Sequence record: PP695294.1
Strand: one strand, 5' to 3'
DNA length: 64,000 nt
This document shows positions 17,321 through 25,447 of this stretch, piece after piece (within the stretch, counting starts at the first letter, position 1; every line of letters begins with the position of its first letter). The notes under the pieces were generated by a model. The model had not been told where the DNA came from. It searched no databases and saw only the letters and a program-made list of their open reading frames with translations. The position numbers were made by a program, and so were the translations under genes.

Positions 17321-17329
17321 ATGAACAAT

Positions 17330-17399
17330 GGCTTTGTAGCTCAGGTAGGTAGAGCAACCTCTTCGAGGAAGGTCGCCGGTTCGAGTCCGGTCAAAGCAA
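17330..17399 (+). ncRNA. tRNA-like RNA with a 13-nt anticodon arm (tRNA mimic or pseudo-tRNA)
   Basis: Canonical U8A9, GCUC/GAGC D-arm, AGGUC variable loop and GCCGG-UUCGAGU-CCGGU T-arm; anticodon arm 4 nt short; G1-A72 mismatch; no CCA. Confidence 0.75.
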
Positions 17400-17476
17400 G
17401 AGCAGCGAAGTTAGAGGAATTAACACCCGACTCATAATCGGATATTTCGCGGGTTCGAATCCCTGCCACTTGCTCG
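17400..17476 (+). tRNA. Degenerate tRNA with CAU anticodon (Met or Ile2; possible pseudogene)
   Basis: Anticodon arm CCCGA-CUCAUAA-UCGGA and T-loop UUCGAAU. T-stem bulged, acceptor stem imperfect, no CCA. Confidence 0.6.
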
Positions 17477-17486
17477 CCCTATGTAA

Positions 17487-17505
17487 ACTCAGATATATTT
17501 TACCT
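17487..17505 (+). promoter_or_regulatory. Variant early (vRNAP) promoter-like motif before the HNH gene
   Basis: CAGATATATTTTACCTAAG resembles AGATATTACCTAAG at 19434. Confidence 0.45.
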
Positions 17506-17538
17506 AAGAGAATAGGTAAACGTATTTGAGAGGTAATA

Positions 17539-18078
17539 ATGAAAGATTTAACCCTACCACCAGGCGACTGGGCACCGTGTCCGGATGCGCCCGATTACTT
17601 CATGGTTTCGAGAAAAGGTGAATTATATTCACTTCGTTCAAACCGTATTGTTTCTCAAAATGTGGTTGGAAATGGGTATTTAGCCCACGTTACAAAAATA
17701 GGCGGAAGGAAAGGTGTTAATGTGGTGCTTAAAACGCACATACAGGTCGCCAAAGCTTTCCACCCTAATCCTGAGAACAAGCCAGAAGTGAACCACAAAA
17801 ACGGTATTAAGTCCTGTAATGAGGACTGGAACGTTGAATGGTCGACGCGACGTGAAAATCACGAACATGCTGTCGAACATGGGCTTTTCTCTTGTATAAA
17901 TGACCATCGTGGTCAACGTTCTCCGAAGATGACTGGAATGGAGATTCGCGAACTCTTAGAAAACCCGAGCGGCAGCCTTAAGCAATGCGCGGAAGAGTAT
18001 AACGTGGATCGTAAAACTATCCAGAACATTCGGAGTAACCCAGCACGTTACTTGTCAATGACATTGACTAAAAAGTAA
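17539..18078 (+). CDS. Free-standing NUMOD4/HNH homing endonuclease
   Basis: Y.VS..G...S N-terminal motif; HIQVAKAF.PNPENKPEVNHKNGIK..N...NVEW.T..EN..HA; C-terminal HTH-like segment; GAGG SD. Confidence 0.9.
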   Translation: MKDLTLPPGDWAPCPDAPDYFMVSRKGELYSLRSNRIVSQNVVGNGYLAHVTKIGGRKGVNVVLKTHIQVAKAFHPNPENKPEVNHKNGIKSCNEDWNVEWSTRRENHEHAVEHGLFSCINDHRGQRSPKMTGMEIRELLENPSGSLKQCAEEYNVDRKTIQNIRSNPARYLSMTLTKK

Positions 18079-18084
18079 CCATCA

Positions 18085-18375
18085 ATTTGTGTTATCCTTA
18101 TCCCGAAGGCATTCGAAATAAGACGCGTATCCACACACGGGTCAAGGATAACACGAACCACTTCCGCGGTCACCGTGTCCATTGCCGCCTACCTGCATGG
18201 GCTGTCCTCCGACACGGTGACTTCGGGCCAACTTACAGGCCAGGGCCGTTTGGGTTTTTCTTACGCATCCATCCAGAGCCACCTCGCGCCCTAGTCTGTA
18301 TACCCCTTTTCTGTTCCTGGTTTGCCAACTAAATCAATTAAGCCTGGTGCGTTGCCCTGGGAACAGAAAACTTAT
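18085..18375 (+). ncRNA. Putative structured ncRNA E (~290 nt)
   Basis: Perfect 11-bp stems 18089-18099/18144-18154 and 18169-18179/18211-18221; 14-bp stem 18307-18320/18357-18370 with G-U pairs. Confidence 0.55.
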
Positions 18376-18458
18376 TCGGTTACACACCGAACCCACCCAC
18401 GAGGGATATGTCGTGGACTACCAATAGAAGCAGCAATAGTAGTAAGAAGGAAAGCAAC

Positions 18459-19280
18459 ATGTTTACAGTTAAACGTGTAATTGATGGTGACCGCATTATT
18501 ACCGAACATGAAAAAGTTCGTATCGGTGACCGTAAGTCTCGTGTATTCCGCGAGGCATTAAAAATGCTCGAGAACGAGCGCTTCGACATCGTTGTCGATG
18601 ATGAAAAGTTAGCCCTTAATCCGGGGTTAAAACGCATTGCCCCTGATGTGCCTGATCCGAACACCATGCTTTTGTCTGATTATTGTAGCTGGTCGCACAG
18701 ATTATATAAAAGTCAGGTTTATGCACACGCGTATTTGCGGCAGCTTTTCCCCAACCTTATTATCCCCGATTTGGAAACGGTCGAGGTGTTTAACTGCAAC
18801 GCACGCGAGTTTATTAGCTACGTGCTAGATAATAAGGGCAACGCTATCTTGGTACTGGCGACAAATTTATGTGAACCAGAAGCCATGGATAGTATCTGCG
18901 GCGAACTCGTTGGTTTCGGTACTCCCCCAGAGAAATTAGGCTGGTACAAACCATCTCCTGATAGCGACATGGCGATCATTGTCTACACTCAGGAAGAACT
19001 GCAACAAGTCGAATTAGAGCCTGGTCCATCTATCGAGTTCACTGGTGTCCAGGAGCAGTCGCAGTGGATTAACGGTGAGTCTGTTGTTACTGTTTTAAAA
19101 GGCGCTCGCCCTGGCGACCGGTCAGTCGATGAACTGATTGGCGCAATGTGCATCGAAGAAGAATCTGGATACGATCCTGATAACCAGATCAGTACCGGTG
19201 CGTTGTACGAACTGTTTTATAAAGGCGACGAAGTCTACGTGGTTAACTCTCACGGTAAGACTACCGACGTCCTTCGCTGA
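18459..19280 (+). CDS. Hypothetical protein (start revised to 18459, 273 aa)
   Basis: AAGGA SD; acidic ORF; followed by a terminator. Confidence 0.7.
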   Translation: MFTVKRVIDGDRIITEHEKVRIGDRKSRVFREALKMLENERFDIVVDDEKLALNPGLKRIAPDVPDPNTMLLSDYCSWSHRLYKSQVYAHAYLRQLFPNLIIPDLETVEVFNCNAREFISYVLDNKGNAILVLATNLCEPEAMDSICGELVGFGTPPEKLGWYKPSPDSDMAIIVYTQEELQQVELEPGPSIEFTGVQEQSQWINGESVVTVLKGARPGDRSVDELIGAMCIEEESGYDPDNQISTGALYELFYKGDEVYVVNSHGKTTDVLR

Positions 19281-19370
19281 ATTAGCTAACGCCCAGTAGC
19301 TATGTTCCTGACGATTAGCCCTCGTCTGACCTTGTAAGACCTTGTAGATTTACATGCCAACACCAGGGAA

Positions 19371-19412
19371 GTCCTCACTCTTCGGAGTGAGGACAACTCT
19401 TTTATTTTTTTT
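19371..19412 (+). terminator. Intrinsic terminator
   Basis: GTCCTCACTC-TTCG-GAGTGAGGAC plus T-tract. Confidence 0.85.
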
Positions 19413-19429
19413 GTATTCCAAATATTCAC

Positions 19430-19444
19430 AGATAGATATTACCT
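19430..19444 (+). promoter_or_regulatory. Early (vRNAP) promoter-like motif
   Basis: AGATAGATATTACCT; family motif related to the phiKZ early promoter TATATTAC. Confidence 0.65.
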
Positions 19445-19503
19445 AAGTGAGATGAGAAAGCCTCATCTGAATTCCCCCAACTCGACTATAAAAGGTAAGC
19501 ATC

Positions 19504-20451
19504 ATGTACAGACCAAGTAATCCTAGTGCTATTGAAGGATTAAACCAGGATGGCTTCAGCCTCGCAGAAGCAACCCGCATTCGACCTTTCTTACCTCGCA
19601 GATTCTTCCCTTTCGGTTCGTTATACAGAACGAATTTCGACGCTTGGGAAGCGATACGTGCTGTAAAAGATGCACTACAGTACAAGAACTTCGAATTCCG
19701 ATTTGTTTTCAAATGGGGCAACGGCGAATTGCTCCACCACTTCGGATTCCAACAGAACGAGTTCATTGAGTATACCTCACCTACGTACCACACCAGGTTC
19801 TTAAGTATCGAATTCGTTCGCCATTTCGGCGATGCACTCTTTACGGAACGGGCTACAGATGAAAACCACGGACGTAGGCTGATGTTAACGAACGGCGCAC
19901 TGCGCATCAAGATGAATCGTTTACGGGAAGCGTATAACCAGCTTATCAATCCTGAACCGGTAATGTTTCCAACTGTAGCTGATTTGAACATTACACCGCT
20001 CCAGTTACCTGTGGATGTGGATAGACCGATTCTGGCAATCCACGCTCTCCAGGCAGGCTATGCAAACTGGTATAAAGAGCACAGTCTCCCGAACACCAGA
20101 TTGAACATCGCACCGTTTGAGTTGTGCCTGTTCTTAACGTTACGCAAACAACTCGAGCCAGAAAACTTAGACTTACGTTATCTGGCTAAAACAGATAGCG
20201 GTAGTTACTACCCAACGACCTGGATGCTAGCGGCTGTACTACCCGGCGGTGAAATTATCGGTAACCCAGTCACCGATGTTCAACAGTTACCATCACCGTT
20301 AGCACCACCGAAAGATTCAATCTATCCGTACGCTTCGTGGTACGCGAGCAGTATTGGCGTGAGATGGTTAATGTTACACGTTCCTGAAGAGGTCTATAAT
20401 TTATTCCCGCATGAGCAATGGCTCCGTGCGTATGAAAATCGGTTTGGTTAG
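19504..20451 (+). CDS. Early hypothetical protein (315 aa)
   Basis: Own promoter and terminator; no recognisable motif. Confidence 0.7.
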   Translation: MYRPSNPSAIEGLNQDGFSLAEATRIRPFLPRRFFPFGSLYRTNFDAWEAIRAVKDALQYKNFEFRFVFKWGNGELLHHFGFQQNEFIEYTSPTYHTRFLSIEFVRHFGDALFTERATDENHGRRLMLTNGALRIKMNRLREAYNQLINPEPVMFPTVADLNITPLQLPVDVDRPILAIHALQAGYANWYKEHSLPNTRLNIAPFELCLFLTLRKQLEPENLDLRYLAKTDSGSYYPTTWMLAAVLPGGEIIGNPVTDVQQLPSPLAPPKDSIYPYASWYASSIGVRWLMLHVPEEVYNLFPHEQWLRAYENRFG

Positions 20452-20465
20452 TAGTCGATGCTTTT

Positions 20466-20500
20466 GAGGGAACTTCGGTTCCCTCTTTTTTTTTCTTTTT
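20466..20500 (+). terminator. Intrinsic terminator
   Basis: GAGGGAAC-TTCG-GTTCCCTC plus a T9 tract. Confidence 0.85.
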
Positions 20501-20537
20501 TCACGACTGCCTCAGAATCTTATAGGAGGAAGTTACC

Positions 20538-20954
20538 ATGATTACGCAGTGCTACTACCAGACGCAAGATTTATTTAAAGCATTGGAAGAAAATAAGCTA
20601 CCCACGACTTTAAGACCGCAGTGCAGTTATTCAAGAATGCTTGCAAGTGAGGTCTTTCCGGTGCTAATGCAGTTACCTCAATTCCAACCGTGGCTCGACT
20701 CGCTAGATGTGGTAGATGTTGTGGCTATCTACACTGGGTCAGACACACCAACAATAAATACAAGCGAGTGTTTATCCCGTAGCGAATCGTCGGCGATAAA
20801 TGAAATGCCGCAGCTAATGCCTTCTTTATTCGATTCGATGTGCGCTGCTGTTATGCAGAAACGACTACCTTATGAGGAAGTATTCGCCATTGTGTTAGAC
20901 AGCATCCACGCAATGAATTATAAACACTATAAAACCCTCGGAACCTTACACTGA
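20538..20954 (+). CDS. Hypothetical protein (138 aa)
   Basis: GGAGG-like SD upstream. Confidence 0.6.
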   Translation: MITQCYYQTQDLFKALEENKLPTTLRPQCSYSRMLASEVFPVLMQLPQFQPWLDSLDVVDVVAIYTGSDTPTINTSECLSRSESSAINEMPQLMPSLFDSMCAAVMQKRLPYEEVFAIVLDSIHAMNYKHYKTLGTLH

Positions 20955-21021
20955 CTTTTTTACGGCAGGCACCTATCTTGTAGGGAGTCTGTGCTGTAAT
21001 AGATTCCAAAGGAGATGCTCG

Positions 21022-21411
21022 ATGAAAAACAAACTGCGTCCGCTGGACGTGATTATGGCGCATCCGGATACCCTCAAGAAAATTAAAGTGGTCAATGAAC
21101 TTGACCGTGGTCTCCTGGATACTATTCAATGGGGTTTTACTTTCCACCCCGATGAAGAGAACAACACGCGTCAATTAGATGTCTGCGACGGCGTAGAAAT
21201 TGATTGGTCTTCTAACGAAGGCTTCAACGATGTCGTCGATTATGTCAAACAAGCCACCGTTCCACCTGTGTTTCCCGTAGCTGGTTTAGCGGAACACACA
21301 ATTTCTCTCCGCCGACTGGTTAACGCTCAACCAGAAATCGTGCGTGAAGGCGAGGCGTGGACGTCAGGCATTACCCATCATCTTAAGGATGTGCTGGGTG
21401 TTGCCGGTTAA
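21022..21411 (+). CDS. Hypothetical protein (129 aa)
   Basis: AAGGAG SD. Confidence 0.65.
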   Translation: MKNKLRPLDVIMAHPDTLKKIKVVNELDRGLLDTIQWGFTFHPDEENNTRQLDVCDGVEIDWSSNEGFNDVVDYVKQATVPPVFPVAGLAEHTISLRRLVNAQPEIVREGEAWTSGITHHLKDVLGVAG

Positions 21412-21461
21412 AAAAGAAGAAGTACCTCTACTCACGTAGAGGTACTGAATCTTTCTTTTTT
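21410..21461. terminator. Bidirectional terminator
   Basis: AGTACCTCTA/TAGAGGTACT stem with an A-tract before and a T-tract after, between convergent genes. Confidence 0.8.
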
Positions 21462-21462
21462 G

Positions 21463-22275
21463 TTACGACTTGAAGCGTCCACCGTTCATGTAGTTCCAAC
21501 GGTTTCCGATGTTGTCGTTGTGGACCAGACAACGTTGCATTTTCGGTAAGGTGTCTTCGAACATTTGACCCGCGTCCGAGTAACCTTCAATAACGTTTCT
21601 GAAGGCACCGAACTCCATACCATTTTCCAGTTTACCGGAGTCCATGTCGAAGATCATGGTGTTGTAAATATATTGCTTAACAGCCATGACTGCCAGCTCA
21701 CCTACAACCGGATAGAATGCTGGTTTGATTTCGTTCATCTCCTGGGATAGTTCGTACTTCACCACGAGTTTGGTAGAGTAAACGAACATGCCTGGGTCTT
21801 TGATACGGATGGTATTCGGGCCGAGTACCTCGACCTCTGGTGAGGCGATACGTGGCATCGCCGACTGACTATCAACCACTTGCTGGGTGGATGCTAATAC
21901 GCCAGAGGTGGCACCGTCCAGATATGAACCTGCGGGAGGCATGGTGTACGCCTGTCCGGCAACGGGTGTTACAGAAATGTGGGCATCCAGAATAGGACGA
22001 CCGCCTGTTTTGATGTCGTCGAGATAATACACGCGACTGAAATAATCTTGCGTGTCGTTATCCCAAGGGACACCTTGCAAATCTACTTCTTGATACTGCC
22101 CCATTCTGGAGATTTCAGGGACCAGAATCTCACGAATAACACGTTGTTGGATTTCGTTATCTACAGAGCTTGCAATTCCCAGTAACTTGAGGTTTTCTGG
22201 AACAAAAGCCGCCTGTAGAATCGGGGCAGGAATATGCTGTCTGATTTTACGCAGACAGTAGTCGATAACATTCAT
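21463..22275 (-). CDS. Conserved protein, probably virion-associated (start revised to 22275, 270 aa)
   Basis: GGAG SD before MNVIDYCLRKI. The longer track start crosses a promoter region and overlaps the + strand gene. Confidence 0.6.
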   Translation of the reverse strand: MNVIDYCLRKIRQHIPAPILQAAFVPENLKLLGIASSVDNEIQQRVIREILVPEISRMGQYQEVDLQGVPWDNDTQDYFSRVYYLDDIKTGGRPILDAHISVTPVAGQAYTMPPAGSYLDGATSGVLASTQQVVDSQSAMPRIASPEVEVLGPNTIRIKDPGMFVYSTKLVVKYELSQEMNEIKPAFYPVVGELAVMAVKQYIYNTMIFDMDSGKLENGMEFGAFRNVIEGYSDAGQMFEDTLPKMQRCLVHNDNIGNRWNYMNGGRFKS

Positions 22276-22393
22276 TCTAAGGCTCCTATGAAGCTCGTAG
22301 GACAACTCATACCATCGGGTAATGCTATCCCATTGCCTGACATTAAAATACGTTTTACGACCTTTATGTGCGCACCATACTCGAAGAAATTTT

Positions 22394-22408
22394 GCATAGA
22401 TATTATCT
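22394..22408 (+). promoter_or_regulatory. Early (vRNAP) promoter-like motif
   Basis: GCATAGATATTATCT heads the 22439-26457 operon. Confidence 0.65.
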
Positions 22409-22438
22409 TCGTGAATTATCCTTAAGGAGCATTTCTCG

Positions 22439-22759
22439 ATGACGCGCATGTTCTTTAATTTCTCTCCAGGGACAAATGAACAGATTGTGCCTGCGGACAT
22501 GTTACTGTGCGCGATACAAGAAGTCATTTATCCCGGCACGCATGAGTTTCCACGCGAGTGGACACGCATTGCCGAAAGTTATTTTGGCACGGAAGCGTGG
22601 TTTGTTATTTCGGCGTTGGGCCGAAACCATAGCTATCCCTTTCATTACAAAAATGGAGTTGTGCAAACGTGGTCAGAATATACCTCGAACCAGCTGCGGT
22701 TCATTCTAGCTTCTGGGGGCCTGTCGATGCTTCCCAGTACGCTACCGCTCTGCGGATGA
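22439..22759 (+). CDS. Hypothetical protein (106 aa)
   Basis: AAGGAG SD. Confidence 0.6.
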   Translation: MTRMFFNFSPGTNEQIVPADMLLCAIQEVIYPGTHEFPREWTRIAESYFGTEAWFVISALGRNHSYPFHYKNGVVQTWSEYTSNQLRFILASGGLSMLPSTLPLCG

Positions 22760-23319
22760 GCCAAAAAGAACGCGAGATGTTAACTGTACAACTGTTACAC
22801 ACTGCGCTCGAAGATATCTTTTACTCCGTTCCGGAAATGCCTAATGCACGTATGGAACCTTTGCTGGAACCTTATACTGACGCTTTTAATCTCACGATGA
22901 TGTTGGTGGCTGACCAGATCATACTTCCACCGAAAACAGTTCCTGTGGAACGTACACACGTTTCCAGTGGCGGTTTGGGTACTCCGGTTAATAAGACGAA
23001 AGAGACCGTAGCGATTTTACGTTCTACCGAATATCTTATCGGATTAGCATTCGAAGACTGTTACAACAGTTTCCTGGACAGTATCCATGCGCTTGTGGAG
23101 AATGCTGTGAAAGCCGCCAAACACCCGTTTAATCGTTATGCGACGATTAAACTGGAACCACACATAACCCGTCGTGGGCAGGTGCAATCTCTGGAGTTAC
23201 AAATTGGAGAAGACATCAGATTCATCCACTACCGCCAATGCTTCCCAAACAAACGATATCGTCCGTCTGGTACTGATCGATCACATTGCCTCGACGGCAT
23301 ACGTCAGGATATTGAATGA
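22756..23319 (+). CDS. Hypothetical protein (start revised to 22756)
   Basis: ATGA overlap with the preceding stop. Confidence 0.6.
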   Translation: MSQKEREMLTVQLLHTALEDIFYSVPEMPNARMEPLLEPYTDAFNLTMMLVADQIILPPKTVPVERTHVSSGGLGTPVNKTKETVAILRSTEYLIGLAFEDCYNSFLDSIHALVENAVKAAKHPFNRYATIKLEPHITRRGQVQSLELQIGEDIRFIHYRQCFPNKRYRPSGTDRSHCLDGIRQDIE

Positions 23320-23641
23320 CCCCAGCGACATCATGTTCAGCATGTATGATGTTAACACGGGGTTGAAGCATATCATTCTCTGTATGCTCGAATACATGAT
23401 TCCGACATTTACAGAACACGGTGCGTGGGACACAGAAACAGTCTCACTGATTGTTAGGTGTTATCGTCCCAGAAGTCATTCGCGGGAAATCCACACCATC
23501 GCGTCACACGTTCATCGTGCTATCTGTGAGGAAATGGGCATTCCTCCGAAAGGGTATCGGTATCATTATAATCAAGCAGACAGAATTCTCCGTTTCATTC
23601 CACGTAAGGTAACAGATGTCTATGATGACGGTTTATACTGA
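23312..23641 (+). CDS. Hypothetical protein (start uncertain: TTG 23312 or ATG 23333)
   Basis: Fills the gap in a tightly packed operon. Confidence 0.45.
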   Translation: MNDPSDIMFSMYDVNTGLKHIILCMLEYMIPTFTEHGAWDTETVSLIVRCYRPRSHSREIHTIASHVHRAICEEMGIPPKGYRYHYNQADRILRFIPRKVTDVYDDGLY

Positions 23642-24023
23642 GTTCGTGCGATTGACTTGCCGACTCACCGCACTCGTCAAAGAGAATCTCGGCATCGATT
23701 ACCAGGATGCTGCGGTAGAGCTTGACGACTATATCGAGCAAATTGTTCGGTTGCATGTTCTGCGGAAAAAATATGGCGTTATCGATAGCATGATACGCCA
23801 GTTCTTTATGGAGTATGTTCACGATAACCCAATCATTACTCCAACCACGTCGGCAAAATACTGGGCTCTTTGTCGATTTGAGTTGTTGATACGGGACACC
23901 GATTGCATCTGGCAAGCAATCGACGAGGACATGACTTATTTACCACAATCCGACTTTCTCCTCTGGCATGTAGGAGACGGTGTCTGGAAAATGTTAACTA
24001 CAGGGGTTACTTACAATGATTGA
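23616..24023 (+). CDS. Hypothetical protein (135 aa)
   Basis: AAGG SD; overlapping operon gene. Confidence 0.6.
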   Translation: MSMMTVYTEFVRLTCRLTALVKENLGIDYQDAAVELDDYIEQIVRLHVLRKKYGVIDSMIRQFFMEYVHDNPIITPTTSAKYWALCRFELLIRDTDCIWQAIDEDMTYLPQSDFLLWHVGDGVWKMLTTGVTYND

Positions 24024-24525
24024 GCGATCTCATTTTTATATCCCCGGCTATCAGTTATTGGCTGGGCCGTTAACGGAGTTTTCGCCAAACGATGTGCTCC
24101 GCGAAGTGAATGACGATTTGAACTCGATAATCAATACCGCCATGAGCTTCGTGGAACGTGGAACCATTGGTAGTGAGTTAAAGTTTATGATGAACAATAC
24201 CTTTGGGTTTGTTTCTCGTACACTGAACGCCCATGGTGTTGTGTTGGAAAATGAGCAAGTAATCACCTACGGCACCGCAATTCAAAACATCGGTCGTGCG
24301 TATATGACCGCCGTATCGCAGTCTCCTTATTGGTTTACTCACTACGGTCGTTGGGTCGGTGCACAATACACAACGCGCAATCCGGCGGATGTCGAATTCT
24401 TATTAGACTATAATGGTGGTGATAAATTCCCACAGTTTGCCAGCCAGGAAGCGTACGAGCGCATTACCCCACAGCTTCTGCCTGTTATCGATTTGCTTAT
24501 CGGTAATCTCGGAGGCCGTGTATGA
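24016..24525 (+). CDS. Hypothetical protein (169 aa)
   Basis: Overlapping operon gene. Confidence 0.6.
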   Translation: MIERSHFYIPGYQLLAGPLTEFSPNDVLREVNDDLNSIINTAMSFVERGTIGSELKFMMNNTFGFVSRTLNAHGVVLENEQVITYGTAIQNIGRAYMTAVSQSPYWFTHYGRWVGAQYTTRNPADVEFLLDYNGGDKFPQFASQEAYERITPQLLPVIDLLIGNLGGRV

Positions 24526-25010
24526 GTGTTCTGTTTGATGTGGCGGATATTGCGAACCAATATAGCGCGACTCGGTTTTACGAGCACGTTCGCGAAGCAG
24601 CATTGCGTGTATTGGAAGCCAGTAACCTGGAGATTGATGAAACGCAGATACGTGATTTTTATCAACGTTTTGCGTTTGCGTATATCATCGGTGTGAAAAC
24701 TCGTGACCCATCGACAATGGTTGATTTGTTACAGGAAGACACGCTTGAACCTCTGGGCAATTGGGAGTTGGTGACCGATGGTCTGTCCGTTGACCAGTTC
24801 GCTAAAGAAACGTCTGTCGATACGACGTTTCTGGCAGCACAAGGTTCGCCCGAACAACATCAAGCTGCCTTCGGCGCTGCGGTAAGTTTGTTGGTCGAAG
24901 AGTTAACAAACTTAACTGGTTTCGCTGGATTGATAGAGTCGCTGTATCCGGGTCGATATCAAACGTATGTAGGTGATAGTTTTAACGATGTGGTGTTAAT
25001 CTGCGAATGA
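24522..25010 (+). CDS. Hypothetical protein (162 aa)
   Basis: GGAGG SD; ATGA coupling. Confidence 0.65.
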   Translation: MSVLFDVADIANQYSATRFYEHVREAALRVLEASNLEIDETQIRDFYQRFAFAYIIGVKTRDPSTMVDLLQEDTLEPLGNWELVTDGLSVDQFAKETSVDTTFLAAQGSPEQHQAAFGAAVSLLVEELTNLTGFAGLIESLYPGRYQTYVGDSFNDVVLICE

Positions 25011-25438
25011 AACTGTACATGACCATAGGCGAAGTCTTCAAATATGAGTCGTTGTTGGCACGGGCCGAGATTGCTGATACTAGCGAGATCGAGCCCGCTG
25101 TCGCTTATTTGTTTCTGGCCAGTTACGCCGAATTAACGGTACGTTCTATTGTTAATGGGCTAGGTAAGGGTAAGAACTTTCTTACTTTTATTCCCCCAGA
25201 CCCTGCGTTGATACTGGAACAGTTGCGCGGGATGTGGGGTACTGAAAAGGTGCTGCCTCTAAACTGCTACAGCATGAGCAGTGGGATTAAGGATGATGTT
25301 CGGTTCTATGAAATCCTTTCCGTGATAGAACGTGTGTGGGGCATGGCTGGCTTGACTCCAGAAGACGGAGCAAAAAAGACAAAGGTTTCACTCCTTATGA
25401 ATGAAATTGGCAACGCACTCATCTGTGTTGAATGTTAA
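25007..25438 (+). CDS. Hypothetical protein (143 aa)
   Basis: ATGA coupling. Confidence 0.6.
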   Translation: MKLYMTIGEVFKYESLLARAEIADTSEIEPAVAYLFLASYAELTVRSIVNGLGKGKNFLTFIPPDPALILEQLRGMWGTEKVLPLNCYSMSSGIKDDVRFYEILSVIERVWGMAGLTPEDGAKKTKVSLLMNEIGNALICVEC

Positions 25439-25447
25439 GGAGTACGA

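Noticed and set aside
17476-17540. Theta (HDV-like) ribozyme after the tRNA-like genes
   Set aside because: The 3' trailer is short, AT-rich and holds a promoter motif; no nested double pseudoknot is visible.
13040-18400. CRISPR array or mini-array in the non-coding region
   Set aside because: No direct repeats with regular spacing were found; the structure is inverted-repeat based.
19504-20451. Possible PhuZ tubulin (similar size, early promoter, roughly similar region)
   Set aside because: There is no GGGTGS/T tubulin signature or Rossmann start. No PhuZ is seen in this window, but absence from the genome cannot be judged from 64 kb.
23174-23319. Frameshift linking the 22756 and 23312 ORFs
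   Set aside because: The overlap is in the +1 frame with no clear slippery site; a start near 23312-23333 explains it.
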